Below, piece after piece: positions 41,135 through 55,455 of a stretch of 64,000 bases of DNA. The notes below the pieces were generated by a model. That model did no database searches, was not told the DNA's origin, and was given only the letters and a program-made list of their open reading frames with translations. This DNA is from the human T2T-CHM13v2.0 reference genome, Homo sapiens. Numbering within the stretch: position 1 is the first letter of the stretch; every line of letters begins with the position of its first letter. A program made the position numbers and the translations under genes. Location of the stretch: assembly GCF_009914755.1 (NCBI RefSeq), contig NC_060930.1; one strand, 5' to 3'.

Positions 41135-41572
41135 GTATTCTCCCAAATATAGACTTGAGTTTCCATATTAAAATAATATAATTACAGATTTTGTAGCAAG
41201 AAGGAACCCACATGAAATCATGCTGTCCACTTTTGTACCTTCAGCCAGCTAAGGTATTATTAACTATAGTTTGCCTGGCAAAGCCCAGAAAAGTTAAATA
41301 TTTGCCCACATTTGGCCTGAAGTAAGGGGTATGTCTATAGAGAGGTCTCTGAGTTCTAGGTGAAGCGCTTCTTCTAGAGATCAGGTTCTTTATAAAATAT
41401 AGATGGCAGAATGTCCTCTTCTTACCCCTTGGATGTCCAAGTCCTAATCCCTAGAACACATCAATATGTTACCCTACGTGACAAAAAGAACTTTGCAGAT
41501 GTGATTAAAATTAAAGACTTTGAAATGGGAACGTTATTCTGAAATATGCAGATGGACTCATTTTAACCCATG

Positions 41573-41893
<321 letters not shown>

Positions 41894-42130
41894 TAACCCA
41901 TGAATTCTTAAAAGCAGGGGACCTCTTCCCTGTGTAGTCAGAGGGAGCCATGAATACATAAGAAGAGTTGGAGAGATACAAACTTGTTGGCTCTGAAGAT
42001 GGAGAGAGGACCATGGTCTGAAGAATATGAGTAGCTTCTAGAAACTAGAAAAGGCAAAGACTTCTCCACTAGAGCCTCCAAAAAGGAATGAGGCCTGCTG
42101 ATACCTAGAATTTAGCCCTTGAATTTGGAC

Positions 42131-42421
42131 TTTTTTTTTTTTAAGACGGAGTCTTGCTCTGTCGCCCAGGCTGGAGTTCAGTGGCGGGATCTCGACTCAC
42201 TGCAAGCTCTGCCTCCTGGGTTCACGCCATTCTCCTGCCTCAGCCTCCCGAGTGGGACTACAGGCGCCCACCACCACGCCCGGCTAATTTTTTTTGTATT
42301 TTTAGTAGAGACGGAGTTTCACCGTGTTAGCCAGGATGGTCTCGATCTCCTGACTTCATGATCCGCCTGCCTCGGCCTCCCAAAGTACTGGGATTACAGG
42401 CGTGAGCCACCGCGCCCGGCC
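42131..42421 (-). mobile_element. AluY
   Basis: gcaagctctgcc, ttcacgccattc, accgtgttagccaggatgg; TSD gaattt(g/a)gacttt. Confidence 0.95.
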
Positions 42422-42455
42422 AGAATTTAGACTTTTAACCTATAGAACCATACGA

Positions 42456-42458
<3 letters not shown>

Positions 42459-42487
<29 letters not shown>

Positions 42488-42767
42488 ACAGAGTCTCGAT
42501 CTCTAGACAGGCTGGAGTGCACTGGCATGATCTCGGCTCACTGCAACCTCTGCCTCCTGGGTTCCAGCGATTCTCACCTCACCCTCCTGAGTTGCTGGGA
42601 TTACAGGCACGTGCCACCACACCCAGCTATTTTTTCATTTTTTATTTTTAGTAGAGACAGGCTTTCACCATGTTGGCCTGGATGGTCTTGATCTCCTGAC
42701 CTCGTGATCCACCTGCCTCGGCCTCCCAAAGTGCTGGGATTACAGGTGTGAGCCACCACACCTGGCC
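42459..42767 (-). mobile_element. AluSc-like
   Basis: ttggcctggatggtcttgatctcctgacctcgtgatcc; T-tract. Confidence 0.93.
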
Positions 42768-43540
42768 ATAAATGTGTGTTTTTAAGCTATGAAGATTGTG
42801 GTAATTGTTATGGGAGCAATAGAAAACTAATATATAGAAAATCAGAATTGTAAACTATTACTAACATTTTACATAGAATGACTCAAAAGACAGCACATTT
42901 CAGTAACTCAGGTTGAAGGCCTGCATGACTTTATTACACTCAGGATGCTCTCGAGTAAAAACATTCATTCAGTGAACATGGGTTACCTTCTTGCTTGTTG
43001 AAGGGGCTCATTCAGCTAGAGTTCAAAGCCTAAATAATACAAATTCCTCTTTCACAAAAGAACACAAACATATTTCTTCCTTTGTCAGATGATGAGAGAC
43101 AAAATTTCATGAGGGAAGCTATGGCTCTGATTCTAGCCAACAGACTTTGCTTATTGTTTGTTTTGTTTTGCTTGTAATATGGTTACTTAATATCTCATCC
43201 TTATCATGAATTTGAGTCAGTTAATGAGAATTTAGAATTTTTATACTATTAAAAGATCAAGTGAGAGTTTAAATTCAATCTGTGTTTTTATGAACCTACC
43301 TGCTTTTGGTTAATTTCCTGTTTATTTTTAAGGCTATGTGAGGGTTATTATTGCTTCACCTCATTGTAGAAAGTACAATCTCCTGATTTTTAATTCATCT
43401 TCTTTTCCTCCTTCCCCCAGAAGAAAACAGAAAACAGCTGTACTGAGAATTAGAACTGTTATCAGGCTCAAAACATTTAATTAAACAATGCATTTTATTA
43501 TTTCTAATCACGTTGAATTAATCTTCTTAGTTCTGCCTTT

Positions 43541-43908
43541 ATATTAGTCAGGGAAGGCTGGGCTATGTTATAGTAATAAATAAATTATCAGTGGCTAAAT
43601 ACAACAAAAGTTATTTATCATTCAAAGTCTATAGTATTTCTAAATCAGGTTCCTGCATGTAGTAAGTTAAAAAAATCCAGATTTTGTTTTCCAAACTGTG
43701 GCTTAACGTCTCATTTCAAGACCTCCATGTCTGTCTAGGCAAGAGAAAAGAGAGTGAGATTATTCTAGTGCACCAGCTTTTAAATGCATTGCTCTTGAAG
43801 TGGCATGTGTCATGTCTGCCTCGTATATTAATAGCAACCCTAACTTCATAGTAGCTGGGAAATTAAGAGGAGTATATGGGATTCAATGAGAAATATACAC
43901 CTGCCACA
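43541..43908 (-). mobile_element. MLT1K/L-like LTR
   Basis: tattagtcaggg ... tcagtggctaaatacaacaaaagt ... ctgccaca. Confidence 0.6.
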
Positions 43909-44401
43909 GTCTTTCAAGTCCTAATATTCAGTTTCACAAAAATGTCCCTATTACATGTAAAATTACTACTGGGAATTTAAGAACAAGAAATGTTGTAAGT
44001 TGCATGTTGTCATAAGGCACCAGTTTGTCTGTCTTTATCTTAAAAACTCAAGCACAAGGAAGGAAAGTGGAAAAAAAACTAATAAATACAAAAGTTAGAT
44101 CTGAGGCCCCTCAGTTATAAATGAAAGCAGAGCATATGCAATATGTATTAATAGAAAGAGCATTGGTGAGGAGTTGGCTTCTGTTTCTAGCTCTGCACAT
44201 AATGGTGCTTGGTAAATACTTGAATGAATTAATAAACTGTCATTGTAATCAGGATAAAGCGTCTTGATTCTTGTATTTTTATCTATAAAATGAGGATTCT
44301 GGTTGGCCAATATAAACTTTTCCCATCTCTAAAACTCTATTAATTGCAGAATTAGAACAACCCAAACTTCAAAGTGAATAATCCTAATGATTTATTTAAA
44401 G

Positions 44402-45118
44402 CAATCATTTTCAAAGTCTGTGGACCCCTGCGGGTTTCTGAGACATTTTCAGGATTCTATGAAATTAAAATCACACATGAGTAAGAGATCCATTCAAAGT
44501 GAAAGGTAGACTGCTCAATTTTAATGTAATAGAGTGTGAAAGTTGATCGTAATGATTTTAGATTCCACATTGCAAGTAATCTTTAAGAAATTACTACCTA
44601 TTAAGTGTTGATGTAGTATTAATGAAGGATATCCATGATTATTTGAAAAGGCTCTTAAATTCTTTTCCTTTTTTTGACTACGTATCTCTGTGAAATCAGA
44701 TTTTCTTCATGTACTTTAACCAAAACAACATATCATATTCGATTTAATTTAGGATCAGTTATGAGAATCCAGCTGTCTTCTATTAAGCCAGGCATGAAAG
44801 AGATTAGCAAAAATGTAAAACAACACCACTCTTCTCACTTGCTTTTTTTGAAAATATAGTTAATTTTCATAAAAATATGAAATTTATGTTAATATGTAAT
44901 GGGTTTATTATTTTTAAATGAATTAAGAAATCTGTATGTGAAACCACTAACTTTTAATCTCTACTATGGTATATATTCATGTTTAATCTAATAATCTAAT
45001 CTCTAAAATGGTACATATATCAAGAAATATAATGTATTTAAACAAAAACTCTTTGGGTGCTTTAACAGTGTTAAAAGTGTAAGAGGGTCCTGAAGAGAAA
45101 AAATTGGAGAATGACTTG
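44402..45118 (+). mobile_element. Charlie1-type hAT deletion derivative
   Basis: Left end ggacccctgcgggtttctgagac; transposase C-terminal remnant atgagaatccagctgtcttctattaagccag; right end aaaagtgtaagagggtcctga. Confidence 0.75.
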
Positions 45119-45204
45119 TTTAGAGGGTAAGTATAGCATTTGACATTGAAAACAACATGTCCTCAAATGTGAATTTTTTTCCATTATAATTAGAGGGTTT
45201 TCAT

Positions 45205-45388
45205 TTGTTTGTTTTTGAGACAGAGCATTGCTCTGTCACCCAGGCTGAAGTGCAGAGGTACGATCACAGCTCATGGCAGCCTCTGGACCCACTGAGTGAA
45301 CTCTCACTCAGCCACTTCTGGGCTCAAGCGATTTTCTCACCTCAGCCTCTTGAGTATGTGGCTATAGGCATGTACCACTATGCCTAGC
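45205..45388 (-). mobile_element. FRAM/AluJ monomer with small internal insertion
   Basis: gatcacagctcatggcagcctc ... ctgggctcaagcgatt. Confidence 0.8.
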
Positions 45389-46034
45389 CTACAGATATGT
45401 TTTTAAAGGCACATAAAGAAATAATAATACTGTATTCCAATTGAGGAATGTGAAATAATTTACAGATTGCTTTTATATACTTTTCCCCTCTGATATGCAT
45501 TCTCTCTTTCTTTACTAAGAAAGCTAAAACCTGGAAATGGGAGGCAGGTTCAATCTTATCAGCTGTAATGAACTACCCAGACTCCCTTGAAGATAAGTCA
45601 GTAAGTACCAACCAATAAAACAGAATTGATGTAATTGAAAGTTACTGAGTGGGACTTTGGAAGTTTTTAAAGGACAGGGATTTTACTTGTTTTCTTTTTT
45701 TACTCTTGTTCCTTTTGCTATTTGCCCTTCTCCTTTTGCAAGGGACTATGATGTATTTGCCGGAACTCAGCATCCATATTACCAGTATGAGGAGAAGGTT
45801 CATAACATAAGGATGAAAGAATAAAAAAGCAGAAGCAGGTTTAGTCCCTGATAATATCAAACCACCACACAAATCTGGACCTGCCTACTCAGTGTATTTT
45901 TGTTCTCAAAGAAAGAAACAAATTCTTATATTGCTTAAGTCATTGGTATTTGTGATTTCTCAACTGAGTTCTTAACTAATGCACAGGTATTATCTCACTT
46001 AGTTTCAATAATTCCTGAGGAGATCAATAAGAAA

Positions 46035-46490
46035 GTTGTTCTAGGGCTGTCATATTAAAGTATTGCAAATTGGTTGGTTTAAACAACAGAAAAACTTATT
46101 GTCTCACAGTTCTGGAGTCTAGAAGTCTGAAATTAAGGTCTGTGCAGGGCTGGTTCTTTCTGTGAGCTGTGAGACAGAATCTGTTCTATGCCTATTCCCC
46201 AGCTTCTGGCAGTTTGCTAGCAATCTTTGGCATTCTTTGGCTTGTAGATGCTTCAACACAGTCTCAGCTGTAATATTCACGTGTTCTACCTGTGTGCATG
46301 TCTCTGTGTCCAAATTTTCATTTTTTTTTTTTTTAAAGAACACTGGTTATACTGGAGGAACACCCAAACTAATGACATTATTTTAACTTGATTACCTCTA
46401 TAAAGACCCAGCCTCCAAATAAGGTCACGTTCTGAGTTACTGGAGTTTAGGACGTATTTGGGAGGGGGTCACAATTCAAGTGATAATAGT
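46035..46490 (-). mobile_element. MLT1C LTR
   Basis: ttattgtctcacagttctggagtctagaagtc ... gcaatctttggcattc ... ccaaataaggtcac. Confidence 0.85.
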
Positions 46491-46709
46491 ATCCAAAGTC
46501 ACACAGCTATTAATTGGCAGGATACTATAATCTTCTAACTTTAAGTCCAATGCATTTTCTTCTAAAATGATGTTTTTTAAAGTATGAATCACCTTTGCTG
46601 GAACTACTTGAACATGCATCTGTGTTTATGGTGTTAAAATTCAGATTCCTAAGCTCTGCTTCAGGCCTACTAAGTCAAATACTTTGAGTGTGAGAGCCTT
46701 GGACTTTAT

Positions 46710-47300
46710 TTGTTAATATGCAGTAACATTGATTTTGGGGGGTATGAAGTTCTAAGAGGCTTAATACATGTACAGATTCATGGAACCACCATCATAATCA
46801 GGATGCAAAACTGTTTCCTCATTCCCCAAAAGGTCCCTATGTTATCCCTTTGTGATTACATCCCTATAACTAACCCCTACAGTACTGCTCTGTTCTCCAT
46901 TACTACGGTTTTTGTCAAGAATATAAATAAATGGAAACATATAACATCTTACATTTCGGAACTGGCTCCATCTCCTCGTGATGCCTTTGAGATTTATCCA
47001 AGCTGTTGCATGTATCCGTGGTGCCTTCCCCTTGGTTGCTGAGGAGCACTCCACTGTGGCGATGGAGCAGGTTTGGTTGATCCATTCATCCATTACAGCA
47101 CATTTGCTTTGTTCCTAGGTTTGGACAATTACAAATAAAGCTGCTATATACATTTATGTACAGGTTTTTTTGAGGATATAAATTTTCATTTCTCCAGGGT
47201 AAATACCCACGAGTGGGTTTGCCGGGTCATACAAAAAGTTTATGTCTAACTTTATGAGAAGCTGCCAAATTGTTTTCCAAGGTGGCTATACCATTTTGCT
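46710..47300 (-). mobile_element. L1MB 3' fragment within a MER5-like remnant
   Basis: gagatttatccaagctgttgcatgtatc; ttacaaataaagctgctat; gctgccaaattgttttccaaggtggctatacc. Confidence 0.75.
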
Positions 47301-48879
47301 CTTGAATCAGATTTTTTAAACTAGCATTTTAGGTGATTCCTAGGAATAGGGCAGTTTAAAAATTCCTCACAAATGCCTCTAGTGGCTCATCCAGAGAGGA
47401 AATCTATTAGTTAATAAGATTATGGTAAAATAGGATTTGTTTTTTCCTAAAGGTCTGTTAACTTTCTGTATCAAGAAAATTATAATCTATGTACAGAATT
47501 CTATACTTTTCACTAATTTTCACTAATCTCCACTTCACTAATTTTCACTAATCTCCAAAGACAAGAATACAAATATTCACAGACAATATGCCTTTACATC
47601 TAATAATAACTTGTTCTTTATTACGAAAATGCTTATTAGAGCAGTTTCAAAATGAACTCTTAAAATACACAGAGAGTGGAGGTTACGTATAAATATTGTG
47701 CTGAATAATTAACCCAGAATTTTCTCTAGAAGTATATATTATTTATAAAAACTGTCTCAGGTATGTTTTTAATTTTTAGGATTTCCTTAAATAAATTGAA
47801 TAAAAACTGATTTGAGACCTACAACAATAAAGATGTAAACTCTTACTAATTCTTGGTTTTAAAAATCTCCTACAGACTGAAATTTGTCTCTTTATTCTGT
47901 GGGATACTGTCCATCACTACTGCATGCACACAATAGAATTTGCCAGGTATAAACATAATAAACATCTTTGGACCTTATACCTAGTAGTAGAGTGACATTG
48001 ATCTAAATCAGTATCACTACAAAATGCAGCTGGGCCAGCAAAAATCATTAAGGGCTAGCTAAGATTGTTTAAAGAAAATAACCTAGACTCCTGGGTACAC
48101 TCTTTGGGTAACATTGATTTCTACCTCTATTATTGTAATCAATTTGGTATCATACATATTCTGTAGAATAATTAGTTAATTTTTTGAGGGCATGAAGTTG
48201 ACTGAAATTTTCAAGTATTTTGTTGTAACTGAGAAATGTAACATGCAAAATAACTTTTGGTAGAAATATATTTGGCAATGTGCCATATGGGAGACTCTAA
48301 CATGAAAGAAAAATTGATAATAATAAGAGACTCTTCTCCTTTCAGGTGTGTATTTTGTGGCTCTCATTAGTCCTTGCATTAGCCAAATTACCTTCATCTA
48401 TGCTTTTTCCCCTATATTTGGAACCAACTAACATTATTGAAAATTGCCCAAACCATCTCTCTTGTTGGGTTTTTGGGGGAATTATTAATGAATATAAAGT
48501 GCTTTGTAAATTTAATATACTATTTAAGTACTAGAAATGTCTTTTGTTGCTCAATGAAAAGATCTAATCATTACAGAAAATTAAATTTTGTTTTCATTTA
48601 TCAGATTATATTTTTGCAAAAGCATCATATAATTAAATGTTGGTGGTGTCTTTTTTCATAAAGATTTCAATTTTTATACACTTTTGTCATGAATGCTTGA
48701 AGAACAGCCCTTCAGTAGCTACTAGATTTCATCAGAAGAGTTTCTAAATGTGTTTGATGACAAGCATTAACACTATGGAAAAAAATATACCCTCTTTGAC
48801 ATTATAAAAGCATCAGAACTACTGTATGATTTATTTGCTTATATGCTAAGTTACCATAATGTTTTTGGTGAATAAATAG

Positions 48880-49170
<291 letters not shown>

Positions 49171-50127
49171 ATGAGGGTTTTATTAGTATCAGTGCTGGAC
49201 ATATTGATTACTCGTTTGTCACTAAGTCATACTTAATATCTCTGAGCCTCAATTTCCTATATATGATGTGAGGATTGATATTTTACTTCATGGAGTTACT
49301 GACAAGGCTAACTGTTATTGCAGAATTCAGTTTACTCAATCTTGGAAAACTTTCTGCTTAGAAGCTATTTAAGAAAGACTAAAATTAGCTATTCAAAAAT
49401 TTACTCATTTGATATTTTCTACAATTTTCAGAGAGAATATATTTAAAATATTTTGTGCTTGTTATGAAGTGTCATTAAATAAATGTTCCTCAGACAATCT
49501 CTAAATACTAGTGAAGTTTACTTTTGCTGCTTAAAGGGCAAACACAGAAACCTAGGAGCATAGAACTGGACATATAAATGGTGCTGAATAACTGTATTAA
49601 TAAGTGAAAAAAGGGATTTAAAATAATTGAGTTCAGCTATCAAGCCAGGTATAATGATACATCTTCACGTTTGTAAGTGATATGAAATAAAATCCTATAA
49701 TAAGCAAATTGAAACCCCTCTATCCACACTAAAATTATAACTAAAATGGAAGAGACTAGAATTATAAAATATGTCCTACTTATTATTGTTCCAATCATAT
49801 ACAGTTTGCCTGTCAATGGATGGCCTTAAATGGATGCCAGTAGGAAGATAAGAGCACCTAAATCTCAGAATTAGCCAACAGGGTTAGGCAATGACCATTG
49901 CTGATATTCTCATGCCTGAACATAAATTCTTTGTTTCAGTAGATCAATGTACATGTGTTCAAATGATCAAGAGAAAAAGCAACATGTCTACGGTAAATCA
50001 AAAAGATCAAACAAAAACAATCTCTGAAGAAAATGTTCTCTATAAAATGTCAGAGCTTGACAGGGCAAGGGTGCTAAGAATTGAATACACTATCCTAGAA
50101 AAGTATTTCTTATTATTTAGCAATTTC

Positions 50128-50291
50128 TGAGTTTCATTGAATCTAAGATGCCATTTATTGAAAGGAACACTATTATTTTAGATGTGACTAAGGAACAAAA
50201 ATGTCACCACCAATTGTAATTATCAGATGTTATTAATTATATAAATTTCAGACATAAAAATTGTGTATCATAGAATGAACAAAATACAGTA
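50128..50291. mobile_element. MER104-like Tc2 MITE
   Basis: Ends tttcattgaatctaagatgcc and tgtgtatcatagaatgaacaaaatacagta. Confidence 0.55.
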
Positions 50292-50389
50292 TGCAAAGCA
50301 CTAATTGGAGATAAAGAAATACTGATCAGGAAAAAAAGAAATAACAACAATGGTCAAAGCCAGAACAATTCGAGCAACAAAATAATGTA

Positions 50390-50466
50390 TTATGTTGGTG
50401 CAAAAGCTATTGCGGTTTTTGCCATTACTTTCAATGGCAAAAACAGTAACATTTGCACCAAACTAA
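50390..50466. mobile_element. MADE1 (Hsmar1-derived MITE)
   Basis: TA|ttatgttggtgcaaaagctattgcggtttttgccatt-actttc-aatggcaaaaacag...tttgcaccaaactaa|TA. Confidence 0.92.
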
Positions 50467-50635
50467 TAATACTGTATCATGGCCCAAAGTATAAAATAAA
50501 TATCTGTAAGTCCACACTTATATAAATAATTGAATAAATAAATTGGGGAGAATAGAGAAATATGCCTTGCAGGAAAATTCCAAGTAATTTATGTAGGTAC
50601 TCTGCCATCAAGGAGGTAGCACATAACTCTCTACT

Positions 50636-51001
<366 letters not shown>

Positions 51002-51989
51002 CTCTCTACTTCTTAAGTGTGGACTGTGCATAGGGACTTCCTTCAAAGAAGTACTGCATAGAAAGGAGTAAAAAACTTTGTAGTAGAGAAACTTGACAAA
51101 CACTACCTCAGCCAGGTAATCGAAGTCAGCATCAACAGTGATATGTCATGTTGATAGTACATACCCTTAATATGATGTGATGAAAATGACACTTTACCTC
51201 TGTGGTCTTCCTTCCCCAAAGCCATAACTTCAGTTTCATTAAGTTTCATTAACTTTCAGTTTCATTAAGAAAACAGCAGCAAACCCCAATAGAAGGGCAT
51301 CTTATGATATACCTGACCCGTACTCCTCAAAACTCTCAAAGACAAGGAAAGCCTGAGAAATTAACAGTCAAGAAGAGCCTAAGGATACAGGATCACTAAA
51401 TGTAATATGGTATGCTGTATGGGATTCTGGAGGAGAAAAATCACATTAGGTAAATGGTGAGGAAATCTGAATAAAGTATGAATTTTAGTTAATAATGTAT
51501 CATTGTTAATAATTAATTGTAACAAATGTACCACACTAATGTAAGCTGTTAATAATAGGTAAAATGGGGTTTGGGGGAGATGGGAACTCTGCACTATCTT
51601 TGCAATTTTTCTGCAAATCTAAAACTGTTCTAAAATAAAAAGGGTGCTTTAAAATATGCATTGCAGAATCAAGAAAATACAGTGTATAAAGCACTCATTG
51701 GGGATAACAAATACTGCCCTCCCATCTTCCATCAGAAGAAAAACACTGGGAATGTGATATTGATTTGTGTATTTGCACCTAACGGATCCTTAATGAATTT
51801 GCCAAGGATAATTAATAAATATGCCAGTTCATGTTGTGAGCTTAAGTGAAAAATATAGTTCTTATATTCCTTGAGCAAATTCATTTTTCAAAGCATCATG
51901 CTAGGCACTTAATTATTGAATGATCACATCAAGCCCATGGGGATTACACCTTTAAAAAAATAAAAAAAACTAGGATCTAAGCTGTTAAG

Positions 51990-52305
51990 AAATGTTTGCT
52001 AGGGCTGCCATAAAAAAGTACCGCAGACTGGGTGGGTTATTTTCTCACAGTTCTAAAGTTCAGAAGTCTGAGATCAAGGTGTTGGCAGGGTTTATTTCTT
52101 CTGGGGCCTTCCTCGGGTTTTCAGTTGGCTGTCCTAATTTCCTCTTCTTGAAAGGACACTAGTCAGATTAGGGCCCACATGAATAATTTCATTTTAACTT
52201 AATTACCTTTTTAAAGACTGTATCTCCACAGTCACATTCTGAAGTACTATGAGTTAGGATGTCAAATTATGCATTTTGTTGGGGGACACAATTTAGCCCA
52301 TAACA
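51990..52305 (-). mobile_element. MLT1B/C-like LTR
   Basis: tttgctagggctgccataa ... tctcacagttct ... gggggacacaatttagcccataaca. Confidence 0.8.
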
Positions 52306-53427
52306 ATGTCCACATTGATCTCTTTGACTACTACCCTCACCCCAGTGATGGAGGTATGATTCTAATCAAGATCTTTAGTACTCCAAAGCTGGTGCTCATT
52401 TCTTTATAGTATCATAGTGGTCACCAGCCATGGTTTATTTATATCTTCTAGAATACTTCAGCCACAGGAGAAGCTAAATTTGTCCAGCTTTGTTTTATCT
52501 TTTTTTTTCTTTTACATGATATTCCATAGTAAACATTTTACTTAAAAGTGGGAACTAGTGCTATAGTGATATAGTAGATTCCAAGACAGACCTATATTTA
52601 GACACTGTTCTGCTACTCTATACTGTGCTCTGTTTCTCCCAAGATTTTTAGTGAGCATTAAATGAGATACAGATAAACACTTGGCTTGAAACAAAAGATG
52701 ATCAGCATTTCCCTTATTAAGAGAAAATAGTATTATAGAAAATCTACCTCTCAAGTCAGTACAGTAAATACATGAGGAGTTCAGTGAAATGTTCTTTAAG
52801 AATTTGGAAGTGAAAGAAATATGATTGCCTTTTGAGAGTTAAACTTTAAAATCATCACATAATGGATAAAAACAGTCTCTTCTAGCAGCAGGAGTTGACG
52901 TAATATGACTGGAGCTATTAATACAGCTAACGGAAGGATGTGTCACTCCAAGGTAGGGGGTTGGACAGCCCATGGGAGCTTAGGAAAAGGAGTCACAGAG
53001 ACAAATATTAGCAGAACCCATCTGGGTACTTTTGGGAAACAGGAAATTTGAGCCAGTAGATTTTTTTAAATATTAAGTTCCCATTGCCAAGTTTCCAACT
53101 GTGTGATTAATACTTTAGCCTGTTTTAGTCTTAAACCATAAAACATTCACACATTCCAATGAGCTTCTTGTACTTGAAAACCAATTGTACCTGATCTCAG
53201 TATGATATAGATGTGCTTACAGAGATTGTGTGGGTCTATCATGCTAACCTGGGTATTTAGCAACCTGTTGTTTTTTTACTGTAATTAAATAGAACTTTAT
53301 GTATTTGGTTAATGTGACTGAGCAATAGATCCATTATTTGTGTACTTAGAAAGTCTGGTTTCTGTCTCTGAATGACTATGAACCCAATTCTTCCATATTT
53401 TGACTTTAACCTATAAGGGCTAAGATT

Positions 53428-53619
53428 TAGGGTTATTAGATTTAGCAAATAAGGATATAGAAAAACCAGTTAAATTTGAGTTTCAGATAAACAATGGATT
53501 TTTTTTTTCAGTATAAGTATGTTTCAGACAAAATTTGGGATATGCTTGTGTAAAAAGTGTTGAATGTTCATTTGAAATTCAAATCTAACTGGCCATTCTG
53601 TACTTTACCTGACAACTAT
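53428..53619. mobile_element. MER53 palindromic hAT MITE
   Basis: agatttagcaaataa ... ccagttaaatttgagtttcagataaac pairs with ttcatttgaaattcaaatctaactgg ... cctgacaac. Confidence 0.85.
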
Positions 53620-54190
53620 AGAGAGACCTCTTTTAATACAGCTGCTAGTATTAATATACTTAAAGCCCTTAGCACAGACTCATACATAAACACTATAAAT
53701 GGTAACACATTTCCTGTCTTATGTAAACAAAGTTATAGTATATGAAAAGTAATCACCTTTGTTGACACCTATTAACTAAATAGAAGGCCCATAATCCTGT
53801 GCCCTTTTACTCTTCACAACGGAGACCTCAAAGGTCGGTTATTGACTCTTCTGTTTAAGCAAGATCATGTTGCTTGTATTTTGACCATGAAGTTTCCAAA
53901 TAATAAAATATTTATGAAATGGCCAAAAACTTTTGCTTCCCCTCTAAACCTGAGTGATTATAAAATAGTCTAAACTCTTCCCTTCAACATTCCTTCCTGC
54001 TGGCTGGGACGGACTTATGGTGCACCTTAACCCAAGTGTCCCAGGGTTTAAAAAGTGCTTCTTTTCAACAGAGCCATACTACTTCTAATCACTTTCTATT
54101 AGCACAGGGGGCGTGGCATGAACATGTAACTGACATGAACTGCTCTAAAACTTGTGTAGGCAATTTTCCTTCAAGGTAAATGAATGTCAG

Positions 54191-54734
54191 TGTAGGAGAG
54201 GATAAACATCTTTCCTTCATCTATCCTAGGTTCATAGCTGAGGCCCCTATAACAAAAGACAGATTGGCAAAAGAATAGCATACCGATTTATTTAATTTGT
54301 ATATAATATACAAATTTGTATGTGATACAGGAGCCTTCATAAGGAAATAAAGACTCAAAGCAACAGTTAAACATGACTGTATTTTATTGAAGGTTTGAAG
54401 AGTGGACCACCGTGGAGAAATACGATGGAATAAAGGGGATATAATCTAATGGAAACTAGGGGAAATTTAGAAAAGCCTGTTTGTTCAGATTCCTCTCTGT
54501 GTCCTTTCATCTTCAAAGATAAGGATGGTCCTTTCCTCTGGATATAGGGAGAGCATTTCTCACAAGAGGGTCTTATGACTTGCTTTAGGGGAAGGTCAGA
54601 AAAACCTTCCTAGGTGTTACGACCTGTTTTACAAGAAGAGGGTAGAGGAAGATGAGAATGAACTTTCTACCTTGTGGTTTTCTCAAATTCCTCAGCTTCA
54701 GCTATTTTAGGGTAGCATGCCCTGGACCTCATCA
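54191..54734. mobile_element. ERV1 (MER4-group) element, subfamily unresolved
   Basis: TG...CA bounded; ataacaaaagacagatt, gtttgttcagattcctc, gagggtcttatgac, ttttagggtagcatg. Confidence 0.55.
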
Positions 54735-55304
54735 TTGGAAGAGTGAGTAAGGCTTGGCACAAAGAAGCAGCTATAATCTAGGCTATCCAAAGCCCTAAGA
54801 GACTTCTAAAATAAAATAAGAAAATCTTGATGAGTAATTCAATATTCCCTTTTTCCACATTTGTCTGCTACACCAGAAATTTTCGTAAGATTAAAAGCTG
54901 TTAACTGATCTTTTCAATTACTTGGTTTATTAAGCTATCCAGGCAGCAACTTTCTCTAGATAATTTGTGTCAAGCTAATCAATACATTCTTCCATTTGTT
55001 TTTCCTTCTTTTGCATTGTTCTTTAAGGAAACCTCTAATGTCACGAAATACACCAATGGGTCCACTCTCTGCTAGATGGAATCTACTTAAAATGCACCAC
55101 ATGGAGCAAAAATCTGCCGTTCTAAAGCAACGCTTTATGTAGTTCCTGGCTTGGACACATATGACCAGGTGGAAATGACCAGCAAAAATATATGGTTAAG
55201 TTAGAGTTGGGGAAGCACTGTTTTTTTTTCCTAACTGTAGTTTTTAATATCTTTTTTCCTGTTTTATGAAAAGACAATGACGTTATCAAAAAGTAAATGC
55301 AAAA

Positions 55305-55455
55305 AACATGGGAGAGGAGCAGAAAAGATATCTATTGGGTACAGAGCTTAATACCTGGGTGATGAAATAATATGTACAACAAACCCCCATGACACACGTT
55401 TACCTCCGTAACAAACCTTCATGTGTACCCCCAAACCTAAAATAAAAATTTAAGA
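55305..55455 (+). mobile_element. L1PA 3' terminal fragment
   Basis: tacctgggtgatgaaataatatgtacaacaaacccccatgacac ... cctaaaataaaa. Confidence 0.88.

Noticed and set aside
54100-54118. Possible CTCF site agcacagggggcgtgg
   Set aside because: The 5' half (CCAC/G) mismatches the core motif; it is better explained as a KLF/SP box.
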